Program-made: the position numbers and the translations under genes
Notes under the pieces: generated by a model
Seen by the model: only the letters and a program-made list of their open reading frames with translations
Databases searched by the model: none
Told to the model about the DNA's origin: nothing
Assembly (NCBI GenBank): GCA_902609025.1
Contig: CACLQD010000001.1
Span: 55,801-119,800, forward strand
Reading direction: 5' to 3'
DNA: 64,000 nt
Source of the DNA: an uncultured PS1 clade bacterium
GTDB lineage: Bacteria > Pseudomonadota > Alphaproteobacteria > MED-G09
Shown: positions 1-10,887 of the stretch, piece by piece
Numbering within the stretch: the first letter of the stretch is position 1
Layout of the letters: the number at the start of each line of letters is the position of its first letter

Positions 1-259
1 AATAAAATTCTCTGATAAAAGGTCAAAAAGAATAGCACAAAGAATTATATTTGATAATTCACCTGAAACAATTGATGAAGAGCCCTACAAAGTTTTACTA
101 GAGTTTATTAAGTCAAGATGGTTGTCAAATGATTTTAAAAGTCCATGGATAACAATCCCGAATGCTCTAAGAGAAATTGAAATATTCGAAGAACAGGAAG
201 AACAAAAAATCTTTGAGGGTTATAAAGACTACCTTATAGAGATGAAAGAAAACTTATAA
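1..259 (+). CDS. 3' end of an unidentified CDS (partial, enters from upstream of window). Frame 2 is open to TAA at 257-259 and the product is not recognisable from 85 aa. By alphaproteobacterial synteny (addB-addA-trxA) it could be the addA C-terminus, but this is inference only
   Basis: Open reading frame without stops from position 2 to the stop at 257-259. It lies directly upstream of trxA on the same strand. Confidence 0.35.
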   Translation, partial: IKFSDKRSKRIAQRIIFDNSPETIDEEPYKVLLEFIKSRWLSNDFKSPWITIPNALREIEIFEEQEEQKIFEGYKDYLIEMKENL

Positions 260-319
260 AATTACTTGAATGATTGAGATGATTTTTTTAGCTTAGTGTA
301 ATTGATTCTAGGAGATGTT

Positions 320-640
320 ATGGCATTAATAAATATTACTGATGAAGAATTTGAAGATTCTATTTTAAAGAACTCTGGCGTTTGTTTGGTTGATTTTTGG
401 GCTGAATGGTGTGGACCATGTAAACAAATTTCACCAATTCTTGAAGAAATTGCTTCAGAAGATAATAATGATATAACTATCGCAAAGATAAATATTGATG
501 AAAATCCAAGAGTAGCAACTGATTATGGAATTAGAAGTATACCAACTATGCTTTTGTTTAGTAATGGAGAGCTTAAAGATACAAAAGTAGGGGCGTTACC
601 CAAACAAGAATTAAATGATTGGATTAAAAGTAATAGTTAA
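320..640 (+). CDS. trxA: thioredoxin
   Basis: WCGPC active-site motif in a ~106-aa product. The ORF track starts at 302; the internal Met at 320 (MALINITDEEF) gives the canonical length. Confidence 0.9.
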   Translation: MALINITDEEFEDSILKNSGVCLVDFWAEWCGPCKQISPILEEIASEDNNDITIAKINIDENPRVATDYGIRSIPTMLLFSNGELKDTKVGALPKQELNDWIKSNS

Positions 641-1896
641 AAAATACAAATTGCTTTTCCTACTAGTTGCATAGATCCACAAATTAATATTCTTGATGGG
701 CGGCCATCTTTAAGAATTAGTTTTTTATCAAATTCTTTTATCTCTCTAATATTAATATTAACTCCAATAATATTTTTCTTAATTTCATTAAAAGAATAAT
801 GATTATCGTTAATAACTATATATTTTATTTCATCAAAAATACCTTCAAAAGCAATTATAAAATCCCTGATTTTCTTTCCTTTTTTAAGACTAAAGATTAG
901 TTTCATTTTTTTCTGTTTTTCAGAATTCATTTTTTTCATTTCATGAGCAATAGCTTTTGCTCCTGAGGGATTATGGCAACCATCAACCCATAGCTCTGAC
1001 AAATTATTCTCACAATTAATTTTTTCGAGTCGACCGTGCCATTTTGTATTTGAAATACCTTTCTCAATAATATTTTTTGATAAATTAATTTTTTTAGATT
1101 TTTTTAAAAATCTAAGAGAGGCAATCGAAAGCGCTGCGTTCATCTTCTGATGCTCTCCAATCATAAATGGATTATTAATTCTTATAGAGGTATTATTGTC
1201 TTCATAATAAAAAGACTCTTTTTTCTTTGTCATGGTCCAATCTAAACCATAAACAAACCTATTTTTTTTGTTATGTAAAAAATTTTTTAATATAAAGTTA
1301 GTTATATTTTTTGGCTGTTTTCCAACAACTGTATAGATTTTACTATTAGTGATGCCTAATTTTTCTTTTGTGATCTTAATAATATCATCTCCAAGAAAGT
1401 CTTCATGGTCATATGAAATAGGTGTAATGATTGCTAAATCCTTTTTCGTTAAGACATTTGTTGCATCAAATTGTCCTCCCATACCAACTTCAAAAATATT
1501 CCAATCTGCTTTGTGCTGATTAAATAAATATAAAGCACAGCCAGTTATAAACTCAAAAAAAGCAATTTTTCTATTCTTTGAGTCCTGTAATAACCTATCT
1601 ATTGTTTTTTCAAGAAGTTTATCTTTAACTATTTTATTATCAATTAATATTCTTTCATTAATTTTAACTAAATGTGGTGAAGTAAAAGCATTAACTTTTA
1701 AATTATTCATTATTAAACATGATTTAATATATGACAAAATCGAACCTTTCCCATTTGTTCCTGCAATATGAATTATATTCTTAATTTTGTTTTGTGGATT
1801 TTCAATATTATCAAGTAAACTAATTATTCTCTCTAAGGATCTAGGTAAATTTTCTGAAAATTGTTTATGAAATTGATTAAAATTACTCTTTAACAT
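637..1896 (-). CDS. folC: bifunctional folylpolyglutamate synthase / dihydrofolate synthase
   Basis: Mur-ligase-family P-loop HIAGTNGKGS. 419 aa. Conserved accD-folC adjacency. Confidence 0.85.
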   Translation of the reverse strand: MLKSNFNQFHKQFSENLPRSLERIISLLDNIENPQNKIKNIIHIAGTNGKGSILSYIKSCLIMNNLKVNAFTSPHLVKINERILIDNKIVKDKLLEKTIDRLLQDSKNRKIAFFEFITGCALYLFNQHKADWNIFEVGMGGQFDATNVLTKKDLAIITPISYDHEDFLGDDIIKITKEKLGITNSKIYTVVGKQPKNITNFILKNFLHNKKNRFVYGLDWTMTKKKESFYYEDNNTSIRINNPFMIGEHQKMNAALSIASLRFLKKSKKINLSKNIIEKGISNTKWHGRLEKINCENNLSELWVDGCHNPSGAKAIAHEMKKMNSEKQKKMKLIFSLKKGKKIRDFIIAFEGIFDEIKYIVINDNHYSFNEIKKNIIGVNINIREIKEFDKKLILKDGRPSRILICGSMQLVGKAICIF

Positions 1897-1897
1897 T

Positions 1898-2770
1898 TTA
1901 TATGCTAGCAGATTTTTGAATGTCGCTGTTCATAAGAATTTCTAGTATAGTTGTAATGTTATTTTTTAAATCTTTTCTATGAGAAACCATATCAATCATA
2001 CCATGATCCAAAAGATATTCTGATTTTTGAAAACCATCAGGTAGATTCTCTTTAATAGTATCTTGTATGACTCTAGGCCCGGCAAAACCAATCAAAGCAT
2101 TTGGTTCGGCAATATGAATATCGCCCAACATAGCATAGGAAGCAGTAACACCTCCTGTAGTTGGATTAGTTAATAAAACAATGTATGGAATTTTTCTTTC
2201 TCTTAAGACTTGTATCATAATTGTTGTTCTTGGCATTTGCATTAATGATAAGATTCCTTCTTGCATTCTCGCTCCACCCGAAGAAGCACATAATATAAAT
2301 GGACAATGATTATCCAAAGAGTGTTTTATTGCCTTAATAATAGATTCACCAGCCGCCATTCCAAGTGATCCCCCCATAAATTGAAAATCATGAACAGCTA
2401 AAGTCACATTAATCTTATTAATGGAACCGTAGCCTATCACAACTGAGTCTGCGATTTTAGTTTTCTTCTTTGAATCTTTAAGACGATCGATATATTTTTT
2501 TTCATCTCTAAACTTAAGGGGATCAATTGGCACAATCGGATCTTCGATATATTTTATGGATCCTTGATCTAATAATTGATTAAATCTTTCTTTTGCCGAT
2601 ATTCTCATATGATTATCGCATTCATTGCATACATATAAATTTTCTTTTGCATCTTGATGGAAAAGCATTGATTCGCAGTTGTTACACTTCAACCATAACT
2701 CTTTAGTTGACGATCTTTTAGAAAAGATTTTTTTAAGTCCCGGAGGAACAATTTTTTTAAACCAATTCAT
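1898..2770 (-). CDS. accD: acetyl-CoA carboxylase carboxyltransferase beta subunit
   Basis: N-terminal C4 zinc ribbon (CNNC...CNEC) followed by a carboxyltransferase domain. 290 aa. Confidence 0.9.
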   Translation of the reverse strand: MNWFKKIVPPGLKKIFSKRSSTKELWLKCNNCESMLFHQDAKENLYVCNECDNHMRISAKERFNQLLDQGSIKYIEDPIVPIDPLKFRDEKKYIDRLKDSKKKTKIADSVVIGYGSINKINVTLAVHDFQFMGGSLGMAAGESIIKAIKHSLDNHCPFILCASSGGARMQEGILSLMQMPRTTIMIQVLRERKIPYIVLLTNPTTGGVTASYAMLGDIHIAEPNALIGFAGPRVIQDTIKENLPDGFQKSEYLLDHGMIDMVSHRKDLKNNITTILEILMNSDIQKSASI

Positions 2771-2774
2771 AATA

Positions 2775-3581
2775 CTAAATCACAGCCTTAAGACTTTTTA
2801 TATACTTAGAAACCTCCGATAAAACTAAATCTTCTTTATTATTTTGATAATTTTCCATTATTTTTTCTATCAAAGACGAGCCTATTACTATCGCGTCAGA
2901 AAATTCTGATATCTTTTGAGCCTGATCTGATCTTTTAATACCAAATCCAACAGCAATTGGAATATCGGTAACTTTTTTTAGTTTAATTACCTGCTCCTTC
3001 AAAATATCTAGATTAGGTTCTTTCGTTCCTGTTATACCCATAATTGACACATAATAAAGAAAACCTGAGCTTTTATTTAAAACTATATTTAATCTTTTTT
3101 GGTCAGTAGTAGGTGTAGCTAGTCTTATAAAATCAAGATCAATATCTATTGTGAGATCACATAATTCAGAATCATGCTCAGGAGGTAAATCAACAACAAT
3201 TAAACCATCCACACCGTAATCTAGGCATTTTTTTATAAAGTTCTCATTTCCATATTGATAAATTGGATTGTAATAACCCATCAATATAATAGGTGTTTGA
3301 GAATTTTTAGTTCTAAATTTTTTTATAAGATCAAATATTAATTCCATTGTATGACCATTATCCAGAGCAATCTTTGATGATTGCTGAATTATTGGCCCTT
3401 CAGCCATAGGGTCAGAAAAAGGCATGCCAATTTCTATCAAATCACTTCCCGATTCTGAAAGTTCATTAATTATATCAAGACATAAGTCTTGATTTGGAAA
3501 TCCAGCTGTAAGATATGTAATTAAACCAGTTTGAGAATTTGACTTTAATTCATCAAAGGTTCTTGAAATTCTAGTAGCCAT
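2775..3581 (-). CDS. trpA: tryptophan synthase alpha subunit
   Basis: TrpA-like 268-aa product immediately downstream of trpB with a 1-nt overlap. Confidence 0.9.
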   Translation of the reverse strand: MATRISRTFDELKSNSQTGLITYLTAGFPNQDLCLDIINELSESGSDLIEIGMPFSDPMAEGPIIQQSSKIALDNGHTMELIFDLIKKFRTKNSQTPIILMGYYNPIYQYGNENFIKKCLDYGVDGLIVVDLPPEHDSELCDLTIDIDLDFIRLATPTTDQKRLNIVLNKSSGFLYYVSIMGITGTKEPNLDILKEQVIKLKKVTDIPIAVGFGIKRSDQAQKISEFSDAIVIGSSLIEKIMENYQNNKEDLVLSEVSKYIKSLKAVI

Positions 3582-4786
3582 TAGACTTCTACACCAAGAT
3601 AATCTGCAACCGTTTCAATATCTTTATCGCCTCTACCACATAAATTAACTATAATTATCTGATCTTTTTTCATAGTCTTTGCAAGTTTAAAAACGAATGC
3701 TAGAGCGTGAGAAGGTTCTAAAGCGGGAATAATTCCTTCATATTTTGAACATATTTCAAAAGCATTTAACGCTTCATCATCTGTTGAAGATACATAATTT
3801 ACTCTTCCTTGATCACTTAACCAAGAGTGTTCTGGTCCAATGCCAGGATAATCAAGACCAGCAGAAATTGAGTGTCCTTCTCTAATCTGACCATCAGTAT
3901 CTTGAAGTAGGTAGGTTCTATTACCATGTAAAACACCTGGTGTTCCTTTGGACAATGAAGCAGCATGCTCATTACCATCTAATCCCAAACCAGCTGCTTC
4001 AACACCATACATATCAACATCATCATCTAAAAATGGGTAGAATAAACCTAATGCATTTGATCCTCCGCCAATACAAGCTACTAAAGCATCAGGTAAGACA
4101 TTCTCTTTATCAAGAATTTGTCTTTTTGCCTCTTCACCAATAATTGATTGAAAATCTCTAACCATTGCTGGATATGGATGAGGGCCTGCTGCAGTACCAA
4201 TCAAATAATAAGTATTTTCAACATTTGAAACCCAATCCCTCAATGCTTCATTCATAGCATCTTTCAAAGTGCCGTTTCCAGACTCCACCGGAACAATCTT
4301 TCCGCCAAGTAATTTTATTTTGAAAACATTAGACTTTTGACGCTCAATATCTTTTTTTCCCATATAAATTACACATTCAAAACCAAATCGAGCACATACA
4401 GTAGCTACGGCAACTCCGTGCTGTCCAGCTCCAGTCTCAGCTATGATCCTATTTTTTTTCATTCTTTTTGCTAATAAAATCTGTCCTATGCAATTATTTA
4501 TTTTGTGACTGCCTGTATGATTTAATTCGTCCCTTTTGAAATATATTTTTGCTCCTTCGAGATAATTTGTTAACCTTTCAGCAAAATATAAAGGGCTTTC
4601 TCTTCCAATATAGTCTTTAGAAAATTGTTTAATCTCATTTCTGAAAACCTGATCAATTAAAGCATCTGAATAAGCTCTCTCAAGTTCAATTATTAGAGGC
4701 ATTAATGTTTCAGCAACATATCGTCCGCCAAATAAACCAAAATTGCCATCTGAATCTGGTCCTAATTTATATGAATTTTTTTTCAT
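3581..4786 (-). CDS. trpB: tryptophan synthase beta subunit
   Basis: PLP-lysine motif HTGSHKINN and GGGSNA motif. 401 aa. Confidence 0.95.
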   Translation of the reverse strand: MKKNSYKLGPDSDGNFGLFGGRYVAETLMPLIIELERAYSDALIDQVFRNEIKQFSKDYIGRESPLYFAERLTNYLEGAKIYFKRDELNHTGSHKINNCIGQILLAKRMKKNRIIAETGAGQHGVAVATVCARFGFECVIYMGKKDIERQKSNVFKIKLLGGKIVPVESGNGTLKDAMNEALRDWVSNVENTYYLIGTAAGPHPYPAMVRDFQSIIGEEAKRQILDKENVLPDALVACIGGGSNALGLFYPFLDDDVDMYGVEAAGLGLDGNEHAASLSKGTPGVLHGNRTYLLQDTDGQIREGHSISAGLDYPGIGPEHSWLSDQGRVNYVSSTDDEALNAFEICSKYEGIIPALEPSHALAFVFKLAKTMKKDQIIIVNLCGRGDKDIETVADYLGVEV

Positions 4787-4788
4787 AA

Positions 4789-5436
4789 TTACACCAATGC
4801 TTTAAATTCTTTATATAATTCCTTTATCATATAGCTATCTTTTACACCTAGCACTCTTTCAACTCCAGAAGAAATATCTATGCAAGAAGCATTAGTATCA
4901 TTTATTGCAGATTGAATATTATTGATATTAATTCCTCCGGCGAGGAAAAAATCCTTACCTTTCCAGCTATTGAGAATTTCCCAACTAAAAACTTTATTTA
5001 AGCCACCTTTTTGGCCTTTATCTTTATTAGTAGGTTTTGTATCGAATAAATAGTAATCGACTATATCTTCATAAAGAACAGCATTATCAAGATCCTTAGT
5101 GTTATTAACTCCGAATGCTTTTATGATAGGTAAATTGAATAAATTTTTTATATCATAACATCTCTTGATACTTTCGTTACCATGTAATTGGATATACGTT
5201 GCATTAATAGATTTTATACTTTCATCGATATAACTATCAGATGGGTCTACAAAAACTGCAACTCTTTCAACTCTTCCACAATAGCTAGATAAATTATTTC
5301 TTTTTGCATAGCTTGGTTTGATTTTTCTTGGACTTACATCAGCAAAATTAAATCCTATAAAATCAATACCTAATTCATTACATACTGAAATATCCTTAGG
5401 GTCTTTAATCCCACATATTTTGATTTTTTTTATCAT
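4789..5436 (-). CDS. trpF: phosphoribosylanthranilate isomerase
   Basis: TrpF-like 215-aa product in trpF-trpB-trpA order. Confidence 0.85.
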   Translation of the reverse strand: MIKKIKICGIKDPKDISVCNELGIDFIGFNFADVSPRKIKPSYAKRNNLSSYCGRVERVAVFVDPSDSYIDESIKSINATYIQLHGNESIKRCYDIKNLFNLPIIKAFGVNNTKDLDNAVLYEDIVDYYLFDTKPTNKDKGQKGGLNKVFSWEILNSWKGKDFFLAGGININNIQSAINDTNASCIDISSGVERVLGVKDSYMIKELYKEFKALV

Positions 5437-6134
5437 TTAATAGAATTTACAATTTCTATAACAGTATTTTTAGGGTCTTTAGAATCAGTAATTGGTCTTC
5501 CAATAACTAGGTGGTCTGCACCAAGTATAATTGCCTCTTTTGGCGTCATTACTCTTTTTTGATCATCTTTATCAGATCCCTTAGGTCTAATACCTGGTAC
5601 GATAATTTTGAAATTTTTTCCACAGGATTCTCTTACCATTTGTATTTCTTCTGATGAACATACCACACCTGATAAACCTGTTTCTTTGGCTAGCTTCGCA
5701 AGATTAGATACAAGATTTTTTACCGAAATATCTATTCCCATCATACTTAAATCATCATTATCTAAACTAGTCAAAATAGTAACTGCTATTAGGTTAGTTT
5801 CAGGTGAACTTTGAGATATTGCCTCCAATGCGCATTTCATCATCTTTTTTCCTCCTAGAGCATGGACATTTAATATTGCTGGCTTCAAAGAGGAGAGTGT
5901 ATTAATAGTTTTTTTTACAGTTTGTGGAATATCATGAATTTTTAAATCTAAAAAAATTGGAATATCTAAATTTTGTATTTTTATTATTCCTTCAGGGCCG
6001 TATGTATCAAAATACTCTAAACCAAGCTTAATTGCTCCTATATGTCCTCGAAGTTCTTTTGAAAGTTCATAAGCCTCATTTTCAGAATTTTTATCAATTG
6101 CAACAATAATGGGGTTCAAAAAAACCTGGTTCAT
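5433..6134 (-). CDS. pyrF: orotidine 5'-phosphate decarboxylase
   Basis: DxKxxDIPxT signature (DLKIHDIPQT). 233 aa. 4-nt overlap with trpF. Confidence 0.9.
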   Translation of the reverse strand: MNQVFLNPIIVAIDKNSENEAYELSKELRGHIGAIKLGLEYFDTYGPEGIIKIQNLDIPIFLDLKIHDIPQTVKKTINTLSSLKPAILNVHALGGKKMMKCALEAISQSSPETNLIAVTILTSLDNDDLSMMGIDISVKNLVSNLAKLAKETGLSGVVCSSEEIQMVRESCGKNFKIIVPGIRPKGSDKDDQKRVMTPKEAIILGADHLVIGRPITDSKDPKNTVIEIVNSIK

Positions 6135-6418
6135 TATGCTTTATAGTTTAGTCTATCCCTCAAACCTTTTCCAGATTTAAAAATAGGGGCTTTTTTTTCT
6201 GGAACAAAAACACTCTCTCCAGTTCTTGGGTTTCTTCCATTCTTTGATTTTCTCGTTCGTACTGATAAAGAACCAAAGCCTCTAATCTCTATTCTCCCAT
6301 TATTTTCCAAGGTCGATGTTATTGCTTCAAGGACAAGCGATGTTATGTTTTCTACATCTTTTTGAATTAAATGTGGGTTTTTACCTACTAATTTTTTAAC
6401 TAATTGAGATTTAATCAT
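6134..6418 (-). CDS. ihfB: integration host factor beta subunit (HU/IHF family)
   Basis: HU/IHF fold with arm motif RNPRTGE. 94 aa. Conserved rpsA-ihfB adjacency. Confidence 0.8.
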   Translation of the reverse strand: MIKSQLVKKLVGKNPHLIQKDVENITSLVLEAITSTLENNGRIEIRGFGSLSVRTRKSKNGRNPRTGESVFVPEKKAPIFKSGKGLRDRLNYKA

Positions 6419-8166
6419 TATTCTTTATTGTTTTCAGTAATTTCATCATCCTGTGTTTCTGAATTTTTGTCAAAGGCTTCTCCTAAAATATCCCCTAGAG
6501 AAGCTCCTGAGTCTTTTGATCCATATTGCTTAATGGCCTCTTTTTCATCAGAAATTTGAAGTGCCTTAATTGACAATGTTACTCTACGCGATTTTTTATC
6601 AAAATTCATAATTTTTGCATCTACTTTTTGTCCAACTTCGAATCTTGATGGATCTTGTTCAGATTTATCCATAGATAAATCATTTCTTTTTATAAATGCA
6701 GGAAAACCTTCGCCAATTTCAACATCAATGCCACCTTTAGCAGAACTAATTACAGTGCATGTTACTACTGAACCTTTCTTGAGGTCAACATCACCTATTG
6801 GATCATCATTTATTTGTTTTATTCCTAGCGAAATTCTTTCTTTATCAATTTCAAAATCTAGAATTTTTGCTTCAATTTCTTGTCCTACATTATATTCTTT
6901 AATTGCGATTTCTCCTGGGACTTTCCAATCTATATCTGATAAATGTACAAGGCCATCAAGACCTTCTTCAACTTGAACAAAAATACCAAAGTCAGTTATG
7001 TTTTGAATATTGCCCTTAAGAACAGTACCTATAGGATTTTTCTGAGCAAAATTTTCCCATGGATTATCTACACACTGTTTAATGCCAAGGGATAATCTTT
7101 TTTTATCAGTATCTATTTCTAGCACCATAACTTCTAATTCATCACCTATTGAAACATAATTTTCTGGTTTCTGAACTTTAGAAACCCAACTCATTTCAGA
7201 AACATGAACTAAACCCTCAAGTCCGCCATCAACTTCTACAAATGCACCATAATCTGCCATATTGGTAACTAAACCTTTATATTTATTACCTACAATATAT
7301 TTATTTTCTGAATCTACCCATGGATCATCTAATAGCTGTTTCATACCAAGAGATATTTTCATATCCTCTTTAATAATTTTAAGAATCTTAACCTTAACTT
7401 TATCGCCAATATTTATTACTTCGGAAGGCTTATTAATTCTTTTCCAAGATATGTCTGTTACATGAAGTAAACCATCAACACCACCTAAATCTACAAACGC
7501 ACCATAATCAGTTATATTCTTAACAATACCTTCAACTTCTTGACCATCATTTAAATTATTAAGAATCTCAGATTTATCAATAGAACTATTGTCAGATAAG
7601 ACAGATTTTCTTGAGACTACTATATTTCCTCTCTTTTTATCCATCTTAAGTATATGAAAGGACTGAGGAGTGTTCATAAATGGCCTTATGTCCTTAACTG
7701 GTCTTACATCAACCTGGCTACCTGGAAGAAAAGCTTGGGTTCCATCAATATCAACCGTAAAACCTCCTCTAACTTTTCCATTAATAATACCTTCGATAAT
7801 TACATTATTCTTTTGATCTTCTTCGAGTTTAAACCAATTTTCTTCTCTTTTAGCTTTATCTCTAGATAGAACTGCGTCTCCCAATGCATTCTCAATTCTT
7901 TCTAAATAGACATCAACTTGATCACCAATCTCAAGCCCGTGAGTACCATCATTCGAAGAAAATTCACTTAATGAAATTCTTCCTTCAGTCTTTAAACCTA
8001 CATCAACAATTACTAAATCAGATTCAATTGATATTACAGTTCCTTTAACAATCTTACCTTCGTTAATTTGATTGATCTCAAAACTTTCCTCTAAAAGTTT
8101 AGCAAACTCCTTTGTTACACTATCTTGTACGACATTATCTTGTTGTGTTTCGGTTATATTAGACAA
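6418..8166 (-). CDS. rpsA: 30S ribosomal protein S1
   Basis: 582 aa with six S1 repeats (recurring GxV.G.V...GAFV.L motifs). Confidence 0.9.
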   Translation of the reverse strand: MSNITETQQDNVVQDSVTKEFAKLLEESFEINQINEGKIVKGTVISIESDLVIVDVGLKTEGRISLSEFSSNDGTHGLEIGDQVDVYLERIENALGDAVLSRDKAKREENWFKLEEDQKNNVIIEGIINGKVRGGFTVDIDGTQAFLPGSQVDVRPVKDIRPFMNTPQSFHILKMDKKRGNIVVSRKSVLSDNSSIDKSEILNNLNDGQEVEGIVKNITDYGAFVDLGGVDGLLHVTDISWKRINKPSEVINIGDKVKVKILKIIKEDMKISLGMKQLLDDPWVDSENKYIVGNKYKGLVTNMADYGAFVEVDGGLEGLVHVSEMSWVSKVQKPENYVSIGDELEVMVLEIDTDKKRLSLGIKQCVDNPWENFAQKNPIGTVLKGNIQNITDFGIFVQVEEGLDGLVHLSDIDWKVPGEIAIKEYNVGQEIEAKILDFEIDKERISLGIKQINDDPIGDVDLKKGSVVTCTVISSAKGGIDVEIGEGFPAFIKRNDLSMDKSEQDPSRFEVGQKVDAKIMNFDKKSRRVTLSIKALQISDEKEAIKQYGSKDSGASLGDILGEAFDKNSETQDDEITENNKE

Positions 8167-8178
8167 GCATTACTCCTT

Positions 8179-8859
8179 TTACTTTACTACCTTTTCAATT
8201 TCCCTTTGCACTATTGAATTTACCTCTTCTATTTTTAAATCAGTAGTATCAATTATTATCGCATCTTTTGCAATTTTTAAAGGTGCGGTGCTCCTTTCCA
8301 TATCTCTTTGATCCCTTTTTTGCAATTCTTTTATTACAAGTTTTTTATCTATTTTTGGATTATTTAATACTAATTCCTCAAAACGCCTATTTGCTCTATC
8401 TTTTAGAGATGCTGTTATATAAAATTTTATCTCAGCATCGGGAAAAATTACTGTAGTTATGTCCCTTCCATCAACAACAATACCTGTTTTATCACTATGA
8501 ATTTTCTTAAAATTCAGTTGAAATATCTTCAGGGTCTCTCTTAAAGCGCTAAAAGAAGAAATTTTTGAAGAAATTTGATCTATTTCCTCTGTTCTTAATT
8601 TATCAATATCGATTTCATCAAGGTTAAGATTCTCAGCATATTTCAGAACTGTTTTCTCGTCAAAAATCTTTTGACCACTTAGATGACACAGATAAGCAAC
8701 TGATCGATACAAAATACCACTATCAAGATGTGGAAAATTATAAAAAGAAGAGATTTTTTTTGCTATTGTTCCTTTTCCTGACCCTGCAGGTCCATCTATT
8801 GCGATAACTATAGTCAAATTTTTCTCATCTATTTTATTTTTTTGATAACTTAGCACCAA
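8179..8859 (-). CDS. cmk: cytidylate kinase
   Basis: P-loop IAIDGPAGSGKGT. 226 aa. Conserved aroA-cmk-rpsA order. Confidence 0.9.
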   Translation of the reverse strand: MVLSYQKNKIDEKNLTIVIAIDGPAGSGKGTIAKKISSFYNFPHLDSGILYRSVAYLCHLSGQKIFDEKTVLKYAENLNLDEIDIDKLRTEEIDQISSKISSFSALRETLKIFQLNFKKIHSDKTGIVVDGRDITTVIFPDAEIKFYITASLKDRANRRFEELVLNNPKIDKKLVIKELQKRDQRDMERSTAPLKIAKDAIIIDTTDLKIEEVNSIVQREIEKVVK

Positions 8860-10147
8860 TTTTAATCATAACTTTATAAAAAGTTGGAAAACTTGTTTTT
8901 ATAGTTTCAGAATTATCAATCTTTACTTCATTTTTAGATACTAACCCCATGATTAGGGCTGACATAGCCATCCTATGATCTAAATTTGTTTCTATTTTAA
9001 TTCCACCTTTTTTTAATTCACATTTTCCATGAATAATTATTGTATCTTTTTTAGATTCAACTCTTACCCCATTTTTTTCTAATAGATTCAGGATTCCAGC
9101 AAATCTATCGCTCTCTTTAAATCTAAGCTCATTAATCCCTTTAAAATAAGTTTTACCTTTAGCCATAGAAGCTGCAACTGCAAGAATTGGGTAATCATCT
9201 ATCATCGTTGGAGCAAGTCTCCTTGGGATATCAATTCCTTTTAAATTGCTTGACTTGACTCTAATATCACAAACTTCTTCTGCTGCCATAATTCTGTGAT
9301 TTAAAAAACTTATATCAGCACCCATATCTTTTAAAACCTTAAATGCACCATCTCTAGTAGGATTTATTAGAACATTTTTGACCATTATGTCTGAATTTTT
9401 ACAAATCAATGCCGCTATAATTGGAAATAAAGCAGAGGATGGGTCACCAGGAACACTCAAATCTAATCCTTTAAGTTCATTAACTCCCTTTATTGAAATT
9501 TCTTTTACATTTCTTTTTTTAGTAATATTAATATTTGCCCCATATAGCCCTAACAGTCTCTCAGTATGGTCTCTTGTATTAAATTTATCCTTCACTGTAG
9601 TTATTCCAGGAGTATTTAATGCACCTAAAAGGACTGCAGATTTAATCTGGGCTGATGGCTCGCCCAATTCAAAGCTAAAAGGAATTGGATTATCTGAACC
9701 TTTCAGTATTGCAGGTAAATAATTATCTTTTCTTAATGAGTAGTTAGAACCAAAATTAACTAAAGGTTTTAGAACTCTATTCATTGGTCTTATCGATAAA
9801 GATTTATCACCAACAAATATAGTTGTGATAGGATGAGATGCAGATAAGCCCATTATTAGTCTAGCTGAAGTACCAGAATTACCAAAATCCAACGCTGAAT
9901 TAGGTTCTAATAAACCCCCTAGACCCACACCTTTAATTGAGCAATTAAGTGGATTTGTAAATTCAATTGAAGCACCAAAATTTTTCATAGCCCCAATAGT
10001 TTTCATAATATCATCACTTTTCAGAATTCCTTTAATATTACTATGACCAATAGCAATTGAAGATAAAATAACTAATCTATGCGAAATAGATTTATCTCCA
10101 GGAATTAAGATGTTGCCTTTTAATTTTTTACTGCTTATAGATTTCAT
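8834..10147 (-). CDS. aroA: 3-phosphoshikimate 1-carboxyvinyltransferase (EPSP synthase)
   Basis: 437 aa with LDFGNSGTSARL motif. Confidence 0.9.
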   Translation of the reverse strand: MKSISSKKLKGNILIPGDKSISHRLVILSSIAIGHSNIKGILKSDDIMKTIGAMKNFGASIEFTNPLNCSIKGVGLGGLLEPNSALDFGNSGTSARLIMGLSASHPITTIFVGDKSLSIRPMNRVLKPLVNFGSNYSLRKDNYLPAILKGSDNPIPFSFELGEPSAQIKSAVLLGALNTPGITTVKDKFNTRDHTERLLGLYGANINITKKRNVKEISIKGVNELKGLDLSVPGDPSSALFPIIAALICKNSDIMVKNVLINPTRDGAFKVLKDMGADISFLNHRIMAAEEVCDIRVKSSNLKGIDIPRRLAPTMIDDYPILAVAASMAKGKTYFKGINELRFKESDRFAGILNLLEKNGVRVESKKDTIIIHGKCELKKGGIKIETNLDHRMAMSALIMGLVSKNEVKIDNSETIKTSFPTFYKVMIKIGAKLSKK

Positions 10148-10261
10148 TTGTTAATTTTTATATCATATTATTAGCTTTATTGTTTATTAGATTTAAAATT
10201 AATAATTAACTTTGACAGTAAGATTTGTTCATGGCAAATCAGTTTAAAAATAGGTGTTCAA

Positions 10262-10726
10262 TTGGAAAAAGAGAAACTTGGCAAAAAATGGATTTGCCCT
10301 ACTACAGGCAAGAAATTCTATGACTTAAATAAGGAACCTGTAATAAGTCCTTATACTGGTGAACAATTAGAAATAATAAATACTGAGAATTTAGAAAAAG
10401 AAAAAACAGAAGAAATTATTGTTGAAAATGATGATAAAAAGACTTCAGAAGCTTCTGAAGCAGATGAAGTTAAAGATGTTGATAATGTTGATTCTGATAT
10501 CGAGATACTTGACGATAATGAGGAAGAGTCAATCACTGAAATTGAGGATGATAACTTTAGTGATGATTCAGAAGATTCAGACTCTAATATTGATGAACTT
10601 GAAGAGTTTGATATAGATGAAGAAATTGATGATGATCATGATGATAATGAATTTCTTGATAATAACGATGATGACTCAGTTGAAGATGTTATTGGTTCAG
10701 TTAAAAAAAATAAAGAAGAAGGCTAG
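10262..10726 (+). CDS. TIGR02300/FYDLN_acid-family zinc-ribbon protein with a long poly-acidic C-terminal tail
   Basis: N-terminus KKWICPTTGKKFYDLNK matches the FYDLN zinc-ribbon signature. The C-terminal ~100 aa are Asp/Glu-rich. Likely TTG start. Confidence 0.6.
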   Translation: MEKEKLGKKWICPTTGKKFYDLNKEPVISPYTGEQLEIINTENLEKEKTEEIIVENDDKKTSEASEADEVKDVDNVDSDIEILDDNEEESITEIEDDNFSDDSEDSDSNIDELEEFDIDEEIDDDHDDNEFLDNNDDDSVEDVIGSVKKNKEEG

Positions 10727-10727
10727 A

Positions 10728-10803
<76 letters not shown>

Positions 10804-10887
10804 AAATAAAATGAAATTTGTTATAATAATAATAGTACTTGGACTTCTAACATTTCTTACACTTGCATTGGTTGCATTATAGGAATT

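Noticed and set aside
9378-9722. Antisense ORFs of 60-160 aa embedded in well-supported genes (9378..9722 in aroA; 3940..4143 in trpB; 6728..6976, 7262..7465 and 7654..7869 in rpsA; 22183..22620 in gyrB; 33624..33956 in moeB-like; 35708..36400 in katG; 40165..40521 in pnp; 53271..53597 in ybeZ; 58642..59115 in trpS; and others in the ORF track)
   Set aside because: Each lies entirely within a longer ORF on the opposite strand that has clear family motifs. Their translations are low-complexity (Ser/Leu/Ile/Phe-rich) as expected for antisense of AT-rich coding DNA.
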